Assembly: GCA_949288045.1 (NCBI GenBank)
Contig: CASEIC010000002.1
Location: 1-56,635, forward strand
Origin: an uncultured Mycoplasma sp.
GTDB taxonomy: Bacteria; Bacillota_I; Bacilli_A; Mycoplasmatales; Metamycoplasmataceae
DNA: 56,635 bases
Reading direction: 5' to 3'
The notes under the pieces are model-generated. The model was given only the letters and a program-made list of their open reading frames with translations, was not told the origin of the DNA and did no database searches. A program made the translations under genes and the position numbers. Below are positions 11,849-29,387 of this stretch, piece by piece (the stretch's first letter is position 1; each line of letters opens with the position of its first letter).

Positions 11849-12907
11849 ATGAGTTATGTTCAAAAAAACATGAAGTTTCTAAAAGGAAGACAAAAGAACT
11901 TACAATTCTTTGAAACTTACTTAGATATTTCTAAATTACGTATATTACAACTTCTTAATGAAGAACAAAAAGCTCTTGAAGCTATTAAGATGATTAAATA
12001 TACAAATTCAAAATTTTTAGAAGCAATCAATGCAAACTTCTTTAAAAATGAAAAAACTTTTATTGAACAAGTTGATTCAAACAGAAAATCAAAAGAAGAA
12101 ATTTATTTCTTAGTTGATGCTAAAGAAAATGATGAATATGCTGAAGTAATGTATAAAAAACTTGAAGAAACTCTAGAAGCAAAAATCAAAAAAGGTGACT
12201 CAATTGTTACTATTGGTAATAGAGTTAACATGATTGCTCAAAAATTAGAGTTAAAAGTAATTCAACACTTCCCATATGAGTTATATGAAAATAACCAAAG
12301 TGATTTCATTAACAAAGTAGCTACAATTATTGAAGTAGGATTCAAAAATGGTATTTTTACAGATGCTACATTGATTGTTGCACAACAAAATCAAGACAAT
12401 CGTGAATTAGTAATGAAAAAATTAGCACCATTTGAGATTTACTCAAAAGAAGATGATATTTATTCAGATTCTAAAGCAATTCAAAAAACAACAACTGCAG
12501 ATTTTGATGATGTAAAACAAAACATTTTAAATGACTATTCAAAATATTTTAAAGATTTAAATATCAAAAAAATTTCTTGATTACCAAATGTTTCATTCTT
12601 CAAATTTAAATTAATTAAAGCAATCATTAAACAAAATATTGTTGAATTAAGTATTGTTGAGAAAATTCAAAGACTAAAACTTGAATTGACATTATTAGAT
12701 GAGAAGAAAAACAAAATCAATGATGAATTAACAGTTGTTCAGCGTCTTGTAAATAGAGTAAGAAGAGAAAAAGAAACAGAATCATCAATTGTTCTATATT
12801 CGGCTTTCAAAGTTAGAAATTCGGGAACAAGTGTTCTTGATGAAGTTAGAAAGAAAAAAGAAGAAGATGATGCTCTTTATAGAAGACCTAAAGGAGGTGC
12901 AAGATAA
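11849..12907 (+). CDS. F1-like ATPase gamma-like subunit (MSC_0622 / MMOB1630-like), 352 aa
   Basis: AGGAGG RBS; terminal helices, C-terminal RLVNRVRREKETES resembling gamma NxxRQxxIT; central IVTIG motif. Confidence 0.8.
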
Positions 12908-13551
12908 TGGCAAAATTATTATTAGCAACTTCTTCAGATCCGAAAATGTTAAATCGTTTCTTTAATGAAAGTAGTGATATTGTTAGAAAAGTTACAATAA
13001 TTTCAGTTGATTATCCACCTATTGAAATTTATAACGGATCACATGCTGCATCAAAATCAAAAGCAGATAATAGTGTTTTCAACAAAAAACAAAATCAGGC
13101 AGTTATGTTTGATGTTGTGGGATTGATTGTTGATGTTGAATCAGCAAATGCAAAAAATAAATCATTAAACAATACTAAAAACAAAAACAGAGATGATGGT
13201 AAAAAGATATTTATTGTTGCCCATGAAGTTATGTTCATAATAAATGAAAATAACAAATTAATTTCAATTAATGGTAACTTTGATGTCTTGCCAGATGAAC
13301 TAATTTCAAAAGTTTATACAAACTTCCCCGATCTTAAATCAGCTGATTTAAATGAGTTAGAAGAAATTCTAGAGCTATCGAGAGATGAAACAGCTATTAA
13401 AGCATTCTACAAATTAGGAAGTTACTTTACAGCTCAAAAATATGAAATTAATAATAATATCTTCAATTTAATGGAACACCAAGAACAAGCAGAAGCTGTT
13501 GCCAAAAAAGTACTACTTAAAAAAATGATAACTTGAGAAATCAGAAAGTAA
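12907..13551 (+). CDS. F1-like ATPase epsilon-like 'protein 4' (MSC_0621 / MMOB1640-like), 214 aa
   Basis: TAATG coupling to the gamma-like gene; beta-rich N-terminus then helical C-terminus; assigned mainly by position. Confidence 0.6.
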
Positions 13552-13563
13552 TAAGGAGAAATT

Positions 13564-17326
<3,763 letters not shown>

Positions 17327-17362
17327 TTAATTGATTTTGTTAGATTTCAAACGCATATATAA

Positions 17363-17397
17363 AATAGAATCTCTATTTGTTAGAGGTTTTATTTTTA
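17363..17397 (+). terminator. Probable terminator of the F1-like operon
   Basis: aatagaatctcta-tttgt-tagaggttttatt hairpin (with G-U pairs) plus T-run. Confidence 0.55.
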
Positions 17398-17412
17398 TAT
17401 AATTATTAGATA

Positions 17413-20400
17413 ATGAAATTATCTAAGAAAAAACTTTTATTAATATCAACTTCAATATTATCAATTGCTCCAATATCAGCATTTGTGATTTCATGTAGCT
17501 CAAATGATGATGGAGATAAGGAACAAAAACCTCCTGTTGATGATGGAGATAAGCCGGGCGGTGACCAAAATAAACCTTCAGAACCAGATCAACCATCAAT
17601 ACCAACAAATGAATTGGGTGAATTGGTTGAAGCTAGGACTATAACAATTAAGTTAGCTAATCTTGATGCTCAACCTTCTGATGAAATTCTTAAAAAATAT
17701 CAAAACAATATTAAAGAAATTTCTAAATTGTTCACATTGATTAACCAATCATCATATGAAAATATTTCATATCAATTAACAAAAGCCCCTATTATTGATT
17801 TTGATAATAGCAATATCAAAGTAACATTTAAATTTACAAATAATGAAAATAGTGAAACATATACAAAAACATTTACATTTACATATAGATTTGGTACAAC
17901 CACAACTGAACAGTATTATGAAAATGTATATAATGCAATTGCTAATAATTTAAAATTGAATGAAACATACAATGAAACAAGATTAATTGATTTATTTAAA
18001 CAATTTCAAACAAATACTAATTTTATAAATAATTGTTTACTAAAAGAAAGTGAAGTTTTAAAAAACATAATTGGAATAACATATAAAGTTACTATACCTT
18101 CTCAAACCCTTGACGCTTCACAATCAGATTCAAATTACTTGAGATTAACATTAAATATTTATAATAATTCTGTAACAGTGACACCACGTGTCCAAAATAC
18201 ATATTTAAGGATTGCAAATGATGATTTAAGAGACACCTTTACAATTGTTAATGATAATGATTTAAATAAAGAATCAATTAATCTAGTAAGTAATCAATAT
18301 CTTGGTCAATTGTTTTTTAGATCGGAACAAAATCTTTCAAATGTTGAAATAAACTTTAATTTTTCAAATAAAGAAATAATTGGTGAAGTTGATTTTTCTA
18401 AGTTTCAAAGAATTGTTTTTAATTCAAGTTTTCAAAATAATAAAATAACTGCAATTAAATTTAACTCTAATGCAACTGTTGTTAATTTAAATAATAATAA
18501 GTTCAAAAACAATTACATTAAAGAAATTGATTTACCTTCTTCAGTTTCTAATTATTCATCTGATTGTTTTGATGATACTGTTAGTGTATATGGACTTCAA
18601 GCAATAATAGGAATAGATAGATTTTTTAATCAATCAACAAATGTTTTGGATTTAAGAAATATTTCTTCAAATAGTGAATTAAAAAATGTTTTTAACATAG
18701 TTTTAAATACTAATAAAAAAAGAGGTATTAATCAATTTGAAAAAATATATATGCCAAGATATGAATTTTCAGATGCAGACATTTTTAAAAAGTCAATAAA
18801 TGTAAAAGAACTATATTTATATGATGATCAGGAAAATCCATATTATTTTGAAAGACGTTTAAGTTGAACGATTGAAAAAGTAATTGTACCTTCATCAATA
18901 ATCAGATTGAGTCAAAGAGCTTTTGATAAGAAACCGTCATCAGTTGAAAGATCAATCAATTCTTCTATAAAGAATCTTGTTGTAAATAATACTTTAGAAA
19001 TTAATGGACTCAAAGAATTTTCATATAAAGATTATGTTAATAATAATGAAGTGAAAGTAAATAATGATAATAATTTTATTTATGATATTGATGAATATTT
19101 ACAATACTCGAATATTGGAATAACCACAATTAAATTTGATATCAATTTTGATATCAATGTTTCTACTTCGTCAGTTTCAAGTTTTTTATATGATAAAGAA
19201 ATTATTTTTAGTTCAAATGTTAAAACCATTGACTATAGATTTTATTCTTCATTAAAATCAAACAATCAAAACATAACAAGAGAAAATGCTTTAGGTGATG
19301 CAATACAAAATGGCGTATTGTACTTATCAAGATTGTATGAAACAAATTCAAGTTTGTCAAATGTGTTGGTTGGCTATGAAACATTAATTAATACTATAAA
19401 CACTTCTAATGTTAATACAATAAAATCAAGCACATTCAAAGAATTAAAGGGATGAGAAAAAATATCTATTACACTTGATAATTCGATTACAACAATAGAA
19501 TCTAATGCTTTTAAAAATAGTGATATAAAAATACTTCAAAACAATTTTAATCCGACAAAAATAGAAACATATGCCTTTTCTAATTCAACAATTTCTGGAG
19601 ATTTAGAATTTACAAATTTAACTTCATTAGGATCATATGCATTTTATAATTCAAAACAAATTGGAAGAGTTATTTTTAATAATATAGATTTGATTAATTC
19701 TTCATCGTTTTACGGATCCTCAATTACATATGGAGAATTTAATGCAGCAAAAAATATATATTCATCTGCATTTAGAAATTGCTCATCACTAGAACAAATT
19801 AAAATTGATAATGTATCTAGTTTTCAACATGCATCAAACGGTCCAGATCAAACTCATATTTTTTATGGATGTTCTAAATTATCATCAATAACATTATCAC
19901 CATTAATTACTAAAATTCCTGATAATACTTTTTATGGATGCAAAGCATTAACTACATTTGATTTTTCAAACATTAAAACTATTGGTGCTTCATCATTTTA
20001 TAATTCTGGCTTATCATCAATTGATTTATCGAATGTTGATGAAATAGGGAAACAAGCTTTTGCAAATTGTTCTTCATTAAGTGGAGATGTGAACTTTAAA
20101 GATAATGTTAAACTGGGAGAAAATATTTTTAATAATGTTTCAAATATTACTTCAGTCAATAATTTTGATTTATCAAAATACAAAATATCATTAACATTAG
20201 GACCTTCATTTAAATCTGTTTTTAAAAATATATCTATGAATGAAATTTATAAAGAAATTGGATATGATGAATCAACAAAAATATTGGATATGTCATCACT
20301 TAATATGTCCACCAAAATACTAAACTCTTTAAGATTGTTTTCAAATGAAATTAATAAAAATGACTCATTTGTATTTGAAAAAGTTGTTTTACCAAATGCA

Positions 20401-21165
20401 AGAGAAATCAATGATGAATTTGCTTCAATTTTTTCAAATAAAATAACTATAAATAGAATTGAGTGAGATTATGAAACTAAATCAGCATCTAAGTCTTTAG
20501 TATCTTTATTAGGAAATGCAAAGATAAATCTTGTACCATCAAACTTTTTAGTTGGAATGCAAACACTTCCGTCTGGTTTTTTAAATGGTTTAAATATTGA
20601 AAACAACACTCTTAATCTTTTAACTGTTTCAAAAGTTGGTTCAAATGCATTAAGATTTAATTCTCCTGTAACTTTCATAAATACAAATGTCTTGAATACA
20701 ATTGATTCCAACGCATTTAATCAAAATGCAATAATAAATATTCCTGCAAATGTTAAGTTAAATAAAACATCATTCGGATCTTCGACTTCATCAATAATTA
20801 ATAATCCATCATATAAAGTAACAAGAGAAAATATTTTTGATGGTTCTTCAATATTTTGAAACATTTATAATCAAGAAACTAAAACAATAGATCTTTCTAA
20901 AATAACCAATGCACAAGATTTAAATAAATATTCTGATATAGGTTCTTATTTAATTAATGGAGATGTTGAAACATTGATTCTTCCCAAACTTCCAATAATA
21001 AATTCGTCTTCTATTTTTTCGAATTTAGGAACTATAAAAAATATTGTTTTTAATAATGTTAATCAAGTGATTTTAAAAGGTGCATTTACAGGGACAACTA
21101 TATTAAATAAACCATCTCAAGCAGATACTCATATATTACTTGATTTAGATAATTTCTTTACTTAA
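17413..21165 (+). CDS. Large lipoprotein with BspA-type leucine-rich repeats, 1250 aa
   Basis: Lipobox VIS-C; Pro/Asp-rich linker with DDGDK twice; repeats such as ITKIPDNTFYGCKALTTFDF, IKTIGASSFYNS, EIGKQAFANCSSL; one frame in code 4. Confidence 0.88.
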
Positions 21166-21187
21166 TTTTTATTAAAAAAATGTTGAT

Positions 21188-21276
21188 TTTTCCACATTTT
21201 TATCCACAAACTTAATATATATAATATATATATTAATTTTAAAAATAATATAAATTTGATATAATTTTTTGGATAA
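21188..21276. promoter_or_regulatory. DnaA-box-like sites and an AT palindrome upstream of gyrA
   Basis: TTTTCCACA 21188-21196, perfect TTATCCACA 21200-21208, inverted TTATCCAAA 21268-21276; 12-bp inverted repeat 21212-21236 containing TATAAT. Confidence 0.5.
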
Positions 21277-21295
21277 AAATAGTTAGGAGAAGAAT

Positions 21296-24088
21296 ATGGC
21301 ATTCTTAGATGACGAAGAAGATAAAAAAGTAGATGATATTATCGATGAAGATGATGATTCAAAATATATGGGAAATACAGATGAATTAAAGGTTGTTTTC
21401 CAAGAAGAAAGTGAAGTTAAAAAAATAGTTGTAGAGGAAGAAGAAGAAATTATTCCGCAAGAAAATGAGGAATATCAAGTTCAATCTCAATTGATTAGTG
21501 AAGAAACAGAATTTTTAGCACCAGTTAACGTATCTCAAGAAATGAGAAAATCATTCCTTGAATATGCAATGAGTGTTATTGTTTCTCGTGCTCTTCCTGA
21601 TGCTCGTGATGGGCTAAAACCTGTTCACCGTAGAATTCTTTATTCAATGTCAGAACTTGGAGTCACTTCATCGGATCCATTTAAAAAATCAGCCCGTATT
21701 GTTGGGGATGTTTTAGGGAAATACCACCCACATGGTGATTCAGCTATTTATGAATCTATGGTTCGTATGGCTCAAGATTTCTCATTAAGATACCCATTAA
21801 TTGATGGACATGGTAACTTTGGTTCAATCGATGGTGATGAAGCAGCTGCTATGCGTTATACAGAAGCTAGAATGTCAAAAATCGCAAATGAGATGATCGA
21901 CGGTCTTAAAAAGAACACAGTTGACTTTATTCCTAACTATGATGGTTCAGAATTAGAACCTCTTGTATTACCTGCTAGATTCCCTAATTTATTAATTTCA
22001 GGTTCAGTTGGTATTGCTGTTGGTATGGCTACAAATATTCCTCCACATAACTTAGGCGAAGTTATTGATGGGGTTATTGCTTTAGCTAGAAATCCTGAAA
22101 TTACAATTGAAGAATTAATGCAATATGTTAAAGGTCCTGACTTTCCAACTGGAGCTATCATTTTAGGTAGAAAAGGTATTGTTGATGCTTATACAACAGG
22201 TCGTGGATCAATTATTACAAGATCTAAAACACATATTGAATTGCTAAAAAATGGTAAATCAAGAATTATTGTTACAGAAATTCCGTATGAAGTAAGAAAA
22301 CCATTAATGATCGAAAAAATAGCAACCTTAGTAAAAGAAAAAAAAGTTGAAGGTATTACAGATCTTAGAGATGAAACTTCAAGAAAAGGAATTCGTGTTG
22401 TTATTGAACTAAGAAAAAATATTGTTCCTGAAGTTTTATTAAATCAATTATTTAAATTAACAAACCTACAAACAAATTATTCATGTAACATGATTGCTCT
22501 TGTTGATAATGAACCAAAATTATTAAATCTTAAAGATGCATTAAATGTTTACTTACAACATCAAATTAATGTTGTTTCAAGAAGAACACAATTTGATTTA
22601 GAAAAAGCAGAAGCAAGAGCTCACATTCTTGAAGGTTTAAAAATCGCTATTAACAATATTGATGAAATAATTAAAATAATTAGAAATTCAAAAACAGATG
22701 CTGAAGCTCAAGAAAAAATGCAAGCTCAATTTAATCTTTCTGAAAAACAATCAAAAGCAATTACAGAAATGAGATTAGGAAGATTAACAGGATTAGCTAT
22801 TGAAAAAATGAATGAAGAACTTGAAGAATTAAATAAAGCTATTACTAACTTCAAAGAAATTCTTGCAGATAGAATAAAACTAATCCAATTAATTATTGAT
22901 GAGTTAACAATCATCAAAGAAAAATATGGTGATGAACGTAGAACTGAAATTGATGTTAATAACTTTGGAGATATTTCAGATGAAGATCTAATTCCTGAAA
23001 AAAATATTATTATCACAATGAGTGCTAAAGGTTATGTAAAGAGGGTTCCTTTAATTGAGTATAAAGTTCAAAGAAGGGGTGGTGTTGGTTCTCAAACACA
23101 AACAACATATAGTGATGATGATGTTGCAAAAATTATTTCAACAACAACACATACTGACTTATTAGTATTTACCTCATATGGGAAAGTTTATAGATTAAGA
23201 GCTCATCAAATTCCCGAAATGTCAAAACAAGCAAAAGGAATTCCTTTCTTAAATTTAATTCAAATTGAAAAAGAAGAACGTGTAGTTTCATTATTAACAA
23301 CTAATACATATAACGACGATGAGTACCTAGTAACAGTAACAAAACTTGGTATTATCAAAAGAACACCAATTGCTCAATATCAAAGAATTAACCGTAATGG
23401 AAAAATTGCTTTAAATATGCGTGAAGGTGATGAATTAATTAAAGCAATGAAAGTTAAAGAAAATGATGAAATCATTATCGGTGCTTCAAATGGTAAGGTT
23501 GTAAGATTCTCATTAGATCAAGTAAGACCTATGTCAAGAACTGCAACTGGTGTTACAGGTATGAGATTTGATGAAAATGAAAAAGCTAAAGTTATCGGTG
23601 CTTCAAATACATCAGAAGGTAAAATGGTTCTTTCAATTGGAGCAAATGGATTTGGTAAAAAAACAGAGCTTGAACAATATAGACAAACAAAACGTGGAGC
23701 AAAAGGTGTTAAATCAATTAATGCTGATAAATCAGGTGCTCTTGTTTATGTTGGTTTAGTAAATGGTAATGAAGATATCATGGTTGTTACAAATAAGGGT
23801 ATTGCAATTAGAACAAGTTTAGAAACTGTTGCTGACACTTCAAGATCAACAAAAGGTGTTAAGGTTATTAGAATTGATGATGAAAAATCAAGAATTCAAT
23901 CTGTTGCTGTTTTAGATGTTGAACAAATTGAAAAAGAAGTTGAGGAAGAAATTTCAAGAACACAAGAATTGATGTTACAAGGTCTTGCAAAAACTGGTGA
24001 AATTTCACTTGATAATTCACAACCACCAGTTTCAATTGATGATAATCAAATTGATAATATAGATGGAAGTGATGACCAAAATGAGTAA
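21296..24088 (+). CDS. gyrA: DNA gyrase subunit A, 930 aa
   Basis: [33 protein letters not shown], GyrA-box QRRGGVG; acidic N- and C-terminal extensions. Confidence 0.97.
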   Translation: MAFLDDEEDKKVDDIIDEDDDSKYMGNTDELKVVFQEESEVKKIVVEEEEEIIPQENEEYQVQSQLISEETEFLAPVNVSQEMRKSFLEYAMSVIVSRALPDARDGLKPVHRRILYSMSELGVTSSDPFKKSARIVGDVLGKYHPHGDSAIYESMVRMAQDFSLRYPLIDGHGNFGSIDGDEAAAMRYTEARMSKIANEMIDGLKKNTVDFIPNYDGSELEPLVLPARFPNLLISGSVGIAVGMATNIPPHNLGEVIDGVIALARNPEITIEELMQYVKGPDFPTGAIILGRKGIVDAYTTGRGSIITRSKTHIELLKNGKSRIIVTEIPYEVRKPLMIEKIATLVKEKKVEGITDLRDETSRKGIRVVIELRKNIVPEVLLNQLFKLTNLQTNYSCNMIALVDNEPKLLNLKDALNVYLQHQINVVSRRTQFDLEKAEARAHILEGLKIAINNIDEIIKIIRNSKTDAEAQEKMQAQFNLSEKQSKAITEMRLGRLTGLAIEKMNEELEELNKAITNFKEILADRIKLIQLIIDELTIIKEKYGDERRTEIDVNNFGDISDEDLIPEKNIIITMSAKGYVKRVPLIEYKVQRRGGVGSQTQTTYSDDDVAKIISTTTHTDLLVFTSYGKVYRLRAHQIPEMSKQAKGIPFLNLIQIEKEERVVSLLTTNTYNDDEYLVTVTKLGIIKRTPIAQYQRINRNGKIALNMREGDELIKAMKVKENDEIIIGASNGKVVRFSLDQVRPMSRTATGVTGMRFDENEKAKVIGASNTSEGKMVLSIGANGFGKKTELEQYRQTKRGAKGVKSINADKSGALVYVGLVNGNEDIMVVTNKGIAIRTSLETVADTSRSTKGVKVIRIDDEKSRIQSVAVLDVEQIEKEVEEEISRTQELMLQGLAKTGEISLDNSQPPVSIDDNQIDNIDGSDDQNE

Positions 24089-24965
24089 TAAAAAAATCAA
24101 AGTTTTATTAGCTGGAACTCCTGTCTTTTCAGTTCAAACTTTTGGACAAATTATTGATAATTTTGAAGTAGTTGGGTTAATAGCACAACCAAGTAGACCA
24201 TCAGGAAGGCTAAAAATTGTTATGGATCCTGCTACTGTAATGATGGCTAAAACAAAACGTTTAAAAAATATTTATCAACCTGAAAAAATATCAGATATAT
24301 ATAATGAGTTAAAAGATTTAGAATTTGATGTTTTAATAACAATGGCTTATGGTCAAATAATTCCAGAAAAAATTTTAAATTTGGCTAAAATAGGATCTTT
24401 CAATATTCATGGTTCTTTACTACCTAAATATAGAGGAGCATCTCCAATTCAATATGCAATTGCAAATGGTGATGAAAAAACAGGAATCACATTTATGGAG
24501 ATGACTGCCAAAATGGATGCTGGTGATATTATATTTCAAGAAGAAATTATTATTAATGAAGATGATACATATGACACAATAGCAAATAAAATGTCAAAAC
24601 TTTCATCTCAAAAAATTGTTAGTTGGTTAAATAAAATAGCAAATGGCGATTTTAAAAAAACTCCACAAGATGAATCACAAGTAACATTTAGTCCAAAAAT
24701 CACAAAAGAAGAAGAAAGAATCCAATTTGATACTATTGAAAAAACAATTAATAAAATAAGATCACTTTCATCAAATCCTGGCGCTTATCTAATTTATTCA
24801 CCAGATAGAAATTCTCAGTATTCAATGATTGAAAATACAAGATTAAAAATTTATAGAGTTTCAAGAACACACAAACCAAATGCAATTGAAATTAAATGTA
24901 AAGACGGAAGCATTTATGCAATTGATTTCCAATTTGAAGGAAGAAGAAGGGTAAGTGTTGATTAA
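24081..24965 (+). CDS. fmt: Methionyl-tRNA formyltransferase
   Basis: [37 protein letters not shown]; start could alternatively be 24063. Confidence 0.95.
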   Translation: MSNKKIKVLLAGTPVFSVQTFGQIIDNFEVVGLIAQPSRPSGRLKIVMDPATVMMAKTKRLKNIYQPEKISDIYNELKDLEFDVLITMAYGQIIPEKILNLAKIGSFNIHGSLLPKYRGASPIQYAIANGDEKTGITFMEMTAKMDAGDIIFQEEIIINEDDTYDTIANKMSKLSSQKIVSWLNKIANGDFKKTPQDESQVTFSPKITKEEERIQFDTIEKTINKIRSLSSNPGAYLIYSPDRNSQYSMIENTRLKIYRVSRTHKPNAIEIKCKDGSIYAIDFQFEGRRRVSVD

Positions 24966-24967
24966 AT

Positions 24968-25654
24968 ATGAAATCTAATCAATGTATTATTTTTGTTTTG
25001 AAAAATGATGAAAATTTTTTATCAGAAAATATTGGTAAGATTTTGAATCTTGAAAAAAAATATGATTTATATTTTGTAGTGAGAGAATCTAAAGATAGAA
25101 CTTCAGAAATTTTAAAAATTAATAATTTTGTAAATATTGAATTAACCTATGATCCTGGTTATTATGATTCATTAAGAGTTGGTTTTGAATTTGTTAAAAA
25201 TATGAAATATATTTCATGAATTGAATTTGGTGAAACAAAAAATATAAGTATTGATGAAATAAACAAATTAAATAATATTAATGAAGATTATGATTTTGAA
25301 AAATCTGTAATCTTTGCATCAAGATATTACACAAATAAACGTTCAAAAAAAAGAAAATTTTACATATACTTATCAATTTTCAAAAAAGTTATTGATCCAT
25401 ATTCAAGGTTAAGAATATATAATGAATCAACATTCGAATTATTAAAAAAAGAATTTGATTTTAAAATTGATCCAACTCATTTTTTAAACTTGTTGTATAA
25501 AAAACCAAACTACATAGAAGTAAAAACAATTTGTAAAAAAAATAAAATTACTAATAAAAGATTAAGAACTCATACTTCTATCAAATTTCAATTATTTATT
25601 TATTCAATTTTTGTTTTGCCATTTATTAAAAGATTTGGATTACATGAATATTAA
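24968..25654 (+). CDS. Degenerate GT2 (DPM1/GacI-like) glycosyltransferase-fold protein, 228 aa
   Basis: VVRESKDRTSEIL (cf. VVDDGSKDxT), GYYDSLRVGFEF (cf. GxGxALxxGF), IFASRY (cf. VIGSRF), DPYSRLRIYN (cf. DxxSGFRAY); DxD absent. Confidence 0.6.
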
Positions 25655-25691
25655 TAATATAATTATTAAACAATAACCTAAGGAGGGAAAT

Positions 25692-26357
25692 ATGGATAAT
25701 TTTAATATTAATGAATGAACATCAATCATATTTCCGATTTTGTATTTATTATTTTCAATTATTTCATGTATTTGATTAGCAGCTGCATTTAGAAAAAAAA
25801 TATTAACAACAAAATCTCTTGTAGTTTGAGTATTTATTAACGTATTATCTTTAACATTATCATCATACTTGGTAATAATTGCTTTTATTCATGCATTTAA
25901 TTCTGATTTCCCATATGAAAAATTAAATTTTTTAGATTATATTGGTAAGCAATTATTTGGTATTCAAAAAAATTCATGAGTTATTTTATTAGGCGTGATT
26001 TTAATTTTTGTTTTAATTGTGATTTGCATTCATATTGCTGTTAAATTTAATGCTCAAAATCAAAAGATAAATGATTTAAATAGAAATTTAGCAATATTAA
26101 AAGGAAAAATTGCAATTGAAACTGAAGACTTAGAATTTAATACAGCAGAACTTTCTGCAGATGAATTAAAACTATTGTTAGAAGAACAATTTATTAAAGA
26201 AAAACTTAAATCAAAATATAAAGCAAAAATTGAAAAAGTGTCAATTGATAGTGATGTTACATTTGATACAAAAACATTAATGAATATTCGTGGATACAAA
26301 AATAATAAAACACAAGAAACATCAACAAGTCATACAAAAAAAAGAAGAGGTAAATAA
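25692..26357 (+). CDS. DUF2304 (GacJ-like) membrane protein with basic C-terminal extension, 221 aa
   Basis: AGGAGG RBS; 3 TM helices, FRKKILTTKSLVVW, KINDLNRNLAIL; follows the GT2 gene. Confidence 0.65.
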
Positions 26358-26360
26358 AGT

Positions 26361-26657
26361 ATGAGTAAATTAAATGAAAAAGATTTTATAAAGATGGCAA
26401 ATAAGATTTATATTGATCCATCAAATGATGTTCTCGATTTTTTAAAATTAGAGTATGATCATATTGATAGAAATTTAGAAAATTTAAAAAAGATTGATGT
26501 ATCAAATATTGATCCATTAACAAGAATTGCAAAACCCATTGATTTTTTAAGAGAAGATGAAGTTGATGAAACAATTATTTTAAAAAAAGAAATTGTTTTG
26601 CAAAATGCACAAGATAAAAATGATGATTATGTTGTTATAAAAAGGATATTGAAATAA
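26361..26657 (+). CDS. gatC: Asp/Glu-tRNA amidotransferase subunit C
   Basis: IDVSNIDPL, FLREDE, LQNA motifs; coupled to gatA. Confidence 0.88.
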   Translation: MSKLNEKDFIKMANKIYIDPSNDVLDFLKLEYDHIDRNLENLKKIDVSNIDPLTRIAKPIDFLREDEVDETIILKKEIVLQNAQDKNDDYVVIKRILK

Positions 26658-27979
26658 TGGAATATAAAAATAAAGGTAATTTTGAAGCTGCGCAAGAAGA
26701 ATTAAGAAATGATAAAAATAATGCAGTAGCATCAATTTTTGATGTTGAAAATAAAAATGATGGAATTTTAAAAGATGTTGTATTTACTTTAAAAAACAAT
26801 TATGCAAAGAAATTTGATTCAACTGATGCTTCTTCAAACATATTAACAGGATTTAACCCTGGATATAATGCAACAATTTTAAATAAATTAAATAAATATG
26901 GTGCAAAGATTGTTGCTACTACAAATCTAGATGAATTTGGTCTTGGTGGAACTGGTGAATATTCAAATCGCGGACTTGTTAAAAACCCATTAAATAATGA
27001 TTATTATGTTGGTGGTTCATCATCTGGGTCTGCAGCAACATTTACAAAAAATATTGGTTTTGCTGTTGGATCAGATACAGGAGATTCGGTTAGACTTCCT
27101 GCATCAAATATAGGAGTAGTTGGTTTCAAACCATCATATGGAGCAGTTTCAAGATATGGTTTATTTTCATATGCATCATCAATGGACACTGTTGCTTGAT
27201 TTACTCACAATGTTAATGATTCTATTATTCTTTCTCAAGTGTTATATGGTAGAGACAAAATGGATTTAACATCAATAGATGTAAAAATCAATAATGTTAT
27301 TCTTTCTAAACCAAAAAAAGTTGCTATATTAAATTGTTTTGATAATTTAGAAGATTATGTTGCTATTTCTTACAAAGAATTAATTGAAAAATTAAAAAAA
27401 GATGGTGTAGAAGTTGAAATTATCGAACCAAATGTTGAATTATTAAATGTTGTTAAAACCGTGTATGAAGTAATTTCATTTTCAGAAGCTTCTTCAAATT
27501 TATCAAACCTTACTGGTGTTGGTTTTGGTGTGAGAAAAGATGGTAAAGATTGGGAAGAAATTTTTAAAAATACAAGAAGTGAAGGTTTTGGTTTAATGGT
27601 AAAGAGAAGACTTGCGCTTGGATCATATTTCTTAGAAAAACAAAATCAAGAAGAGTATTTTTTGAGATCACAGAAAGTAAGAAGATTGATTGCAAATTGA
27701 TTTAACTCTATTTATGACAAATATGATTTTTTAATATATCCTTCTTCACCTTCAATTGCACCCAAATTTAATGAAAAAGTAAATAATGAAAAATATAAAT
27801 ATATGTCTTACATTTTAACTGCATCAAATTTGGTTGGATCTCCATCAATATGTATGAAATTAGGAACACATAACAATATGCCTTTTAATATTTCAATAGA
27901 TGCAAAAATTTATGAAGATGAAAAACTATTATCAACAGCTTTATATTTAGAAAAATTAATAGGAGAAAATAATGATTAA
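26657..27979 (+). CDS. gatA: Asp/Glu-tRNA amidotransferase subunit A
   Basis: NLDEFGLG, GGSSSGSAA, GSDTGDSVRLPA, GFKPSYGAVSRYG. Confidence 0.95.
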
Positions 27980-29387
27980 AAATTTTGAATTAGTAATTGG
28001 AATAGAAATTCATTTAGAATTAAACACCAAAACAAAAATGTTTAGTGCTATTAAAAATGATTTTAATGGAGAACCAAACACTCTTGTTTCTCCGATTGAT
28101 TTAGGTTATCCAGGAACACTTCCAACTATTAATAAAGAAGCTGTTGTAAAAGCTGTCAAACTAGCAAAAGCTTTGAATATGAAAATAGATAATGAATTGC
28201 ATTTTGATCGTAAAAATTATTACTACACAGACTTACCTAAAGGATACCAAATAACCCAACAATTTAGACCTATTGGTTCAGAAGGAATAATTAAATTAGA
28301 TTTGGGTAATTATAAAAAAGAAATAAGAATTGAAAGAATTCATTTAGAAGAAGATACGGCAAGACAATTACATAACGAACACGAAACATTAATAAATTAC
28401 AATCGTGCTGGAGTTCCCTTGATTGAAATTGTTTCAAAACCAGATATTAGAACAAAAGAAGAAGCGGCTAAATATGTTGATTCAATAAGACAAATTGCAA
28501 CATTTTTAGGTATTTCAGATGCTATAATGGCTGAAGGTTCATTAAGAGCAGATATTAATATGTCAATTAGAATGTTGGGTTCAAAAGACTTTGGAACAAA
28601 AGTTGAAATTAAAAACTTAAATTCATTAAATAATATTAAAAAAGCAATTGAATTTGAATATAACTTGCAAGTTAAAAAAATATTATCAAACGAGGAAATA
28701 TTACAAGAAACAAAAAGATTTGATGAATCAACATTGCAAACCGTTTCATTAAGATCAAAAACTGATGCAGTTGATTATAAATATTTTCCTGATCCAAACA
28801 TACCTATAATTAATTTGGATAAATCATGAATAGATTCAATTCAAATTCCAGAACTGCCAGAACAAATGAGACAAAGATATAAATCATTAAATGTTCCAGA
28901 TAATTTTATTGAACAAATTATAAATAATATTGATTATTCAAAATTTATTGATTCAATTAATTATGCTGATGTTTCTCAATCAATTAAGGTTTTCTTTTCT
29001 GAAATAATTCCGCTTGAGAAAAAACTTGATTTATCAATTACAAAAATAAATATCAAACCATTAGATATTAAAAAATGTTTAGAACTACAAGAACAAGGTG
29101 AAATTTCAGGGAAACAATTAAAACAAATTATTCCAATGCTTGTTGATTTAGATTCATCTGTTGAACAACTAATTGAGAAACATGGATTAAAATTAATTTC
29201 AAATGCAAATATAATTAACAATTGAATAGAAGAAGTTAAATCAAAAAACCCAAATCTTTTAAATGACTATAAAACAAAAGAAGATGCAACAACAAAATTT
29301 GTTGCTGGTGAAATTATGAAACTCTCAAAAGGTCAAGCAAATCCAGTTATTGTAATGAAATTGATTAAAGAAAAATTGTCTAATTAG
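27972..29387 (+). CDS. gatB: Asp/Glu-tRNA amidotransferase subunit B
   Basis: IGIEIHLEL, FDRKNYYYTDLPKGYQITQ, NRAGVPLIEIV, DYKYFPDPN, SKGQANP. Confidence 0.96.
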
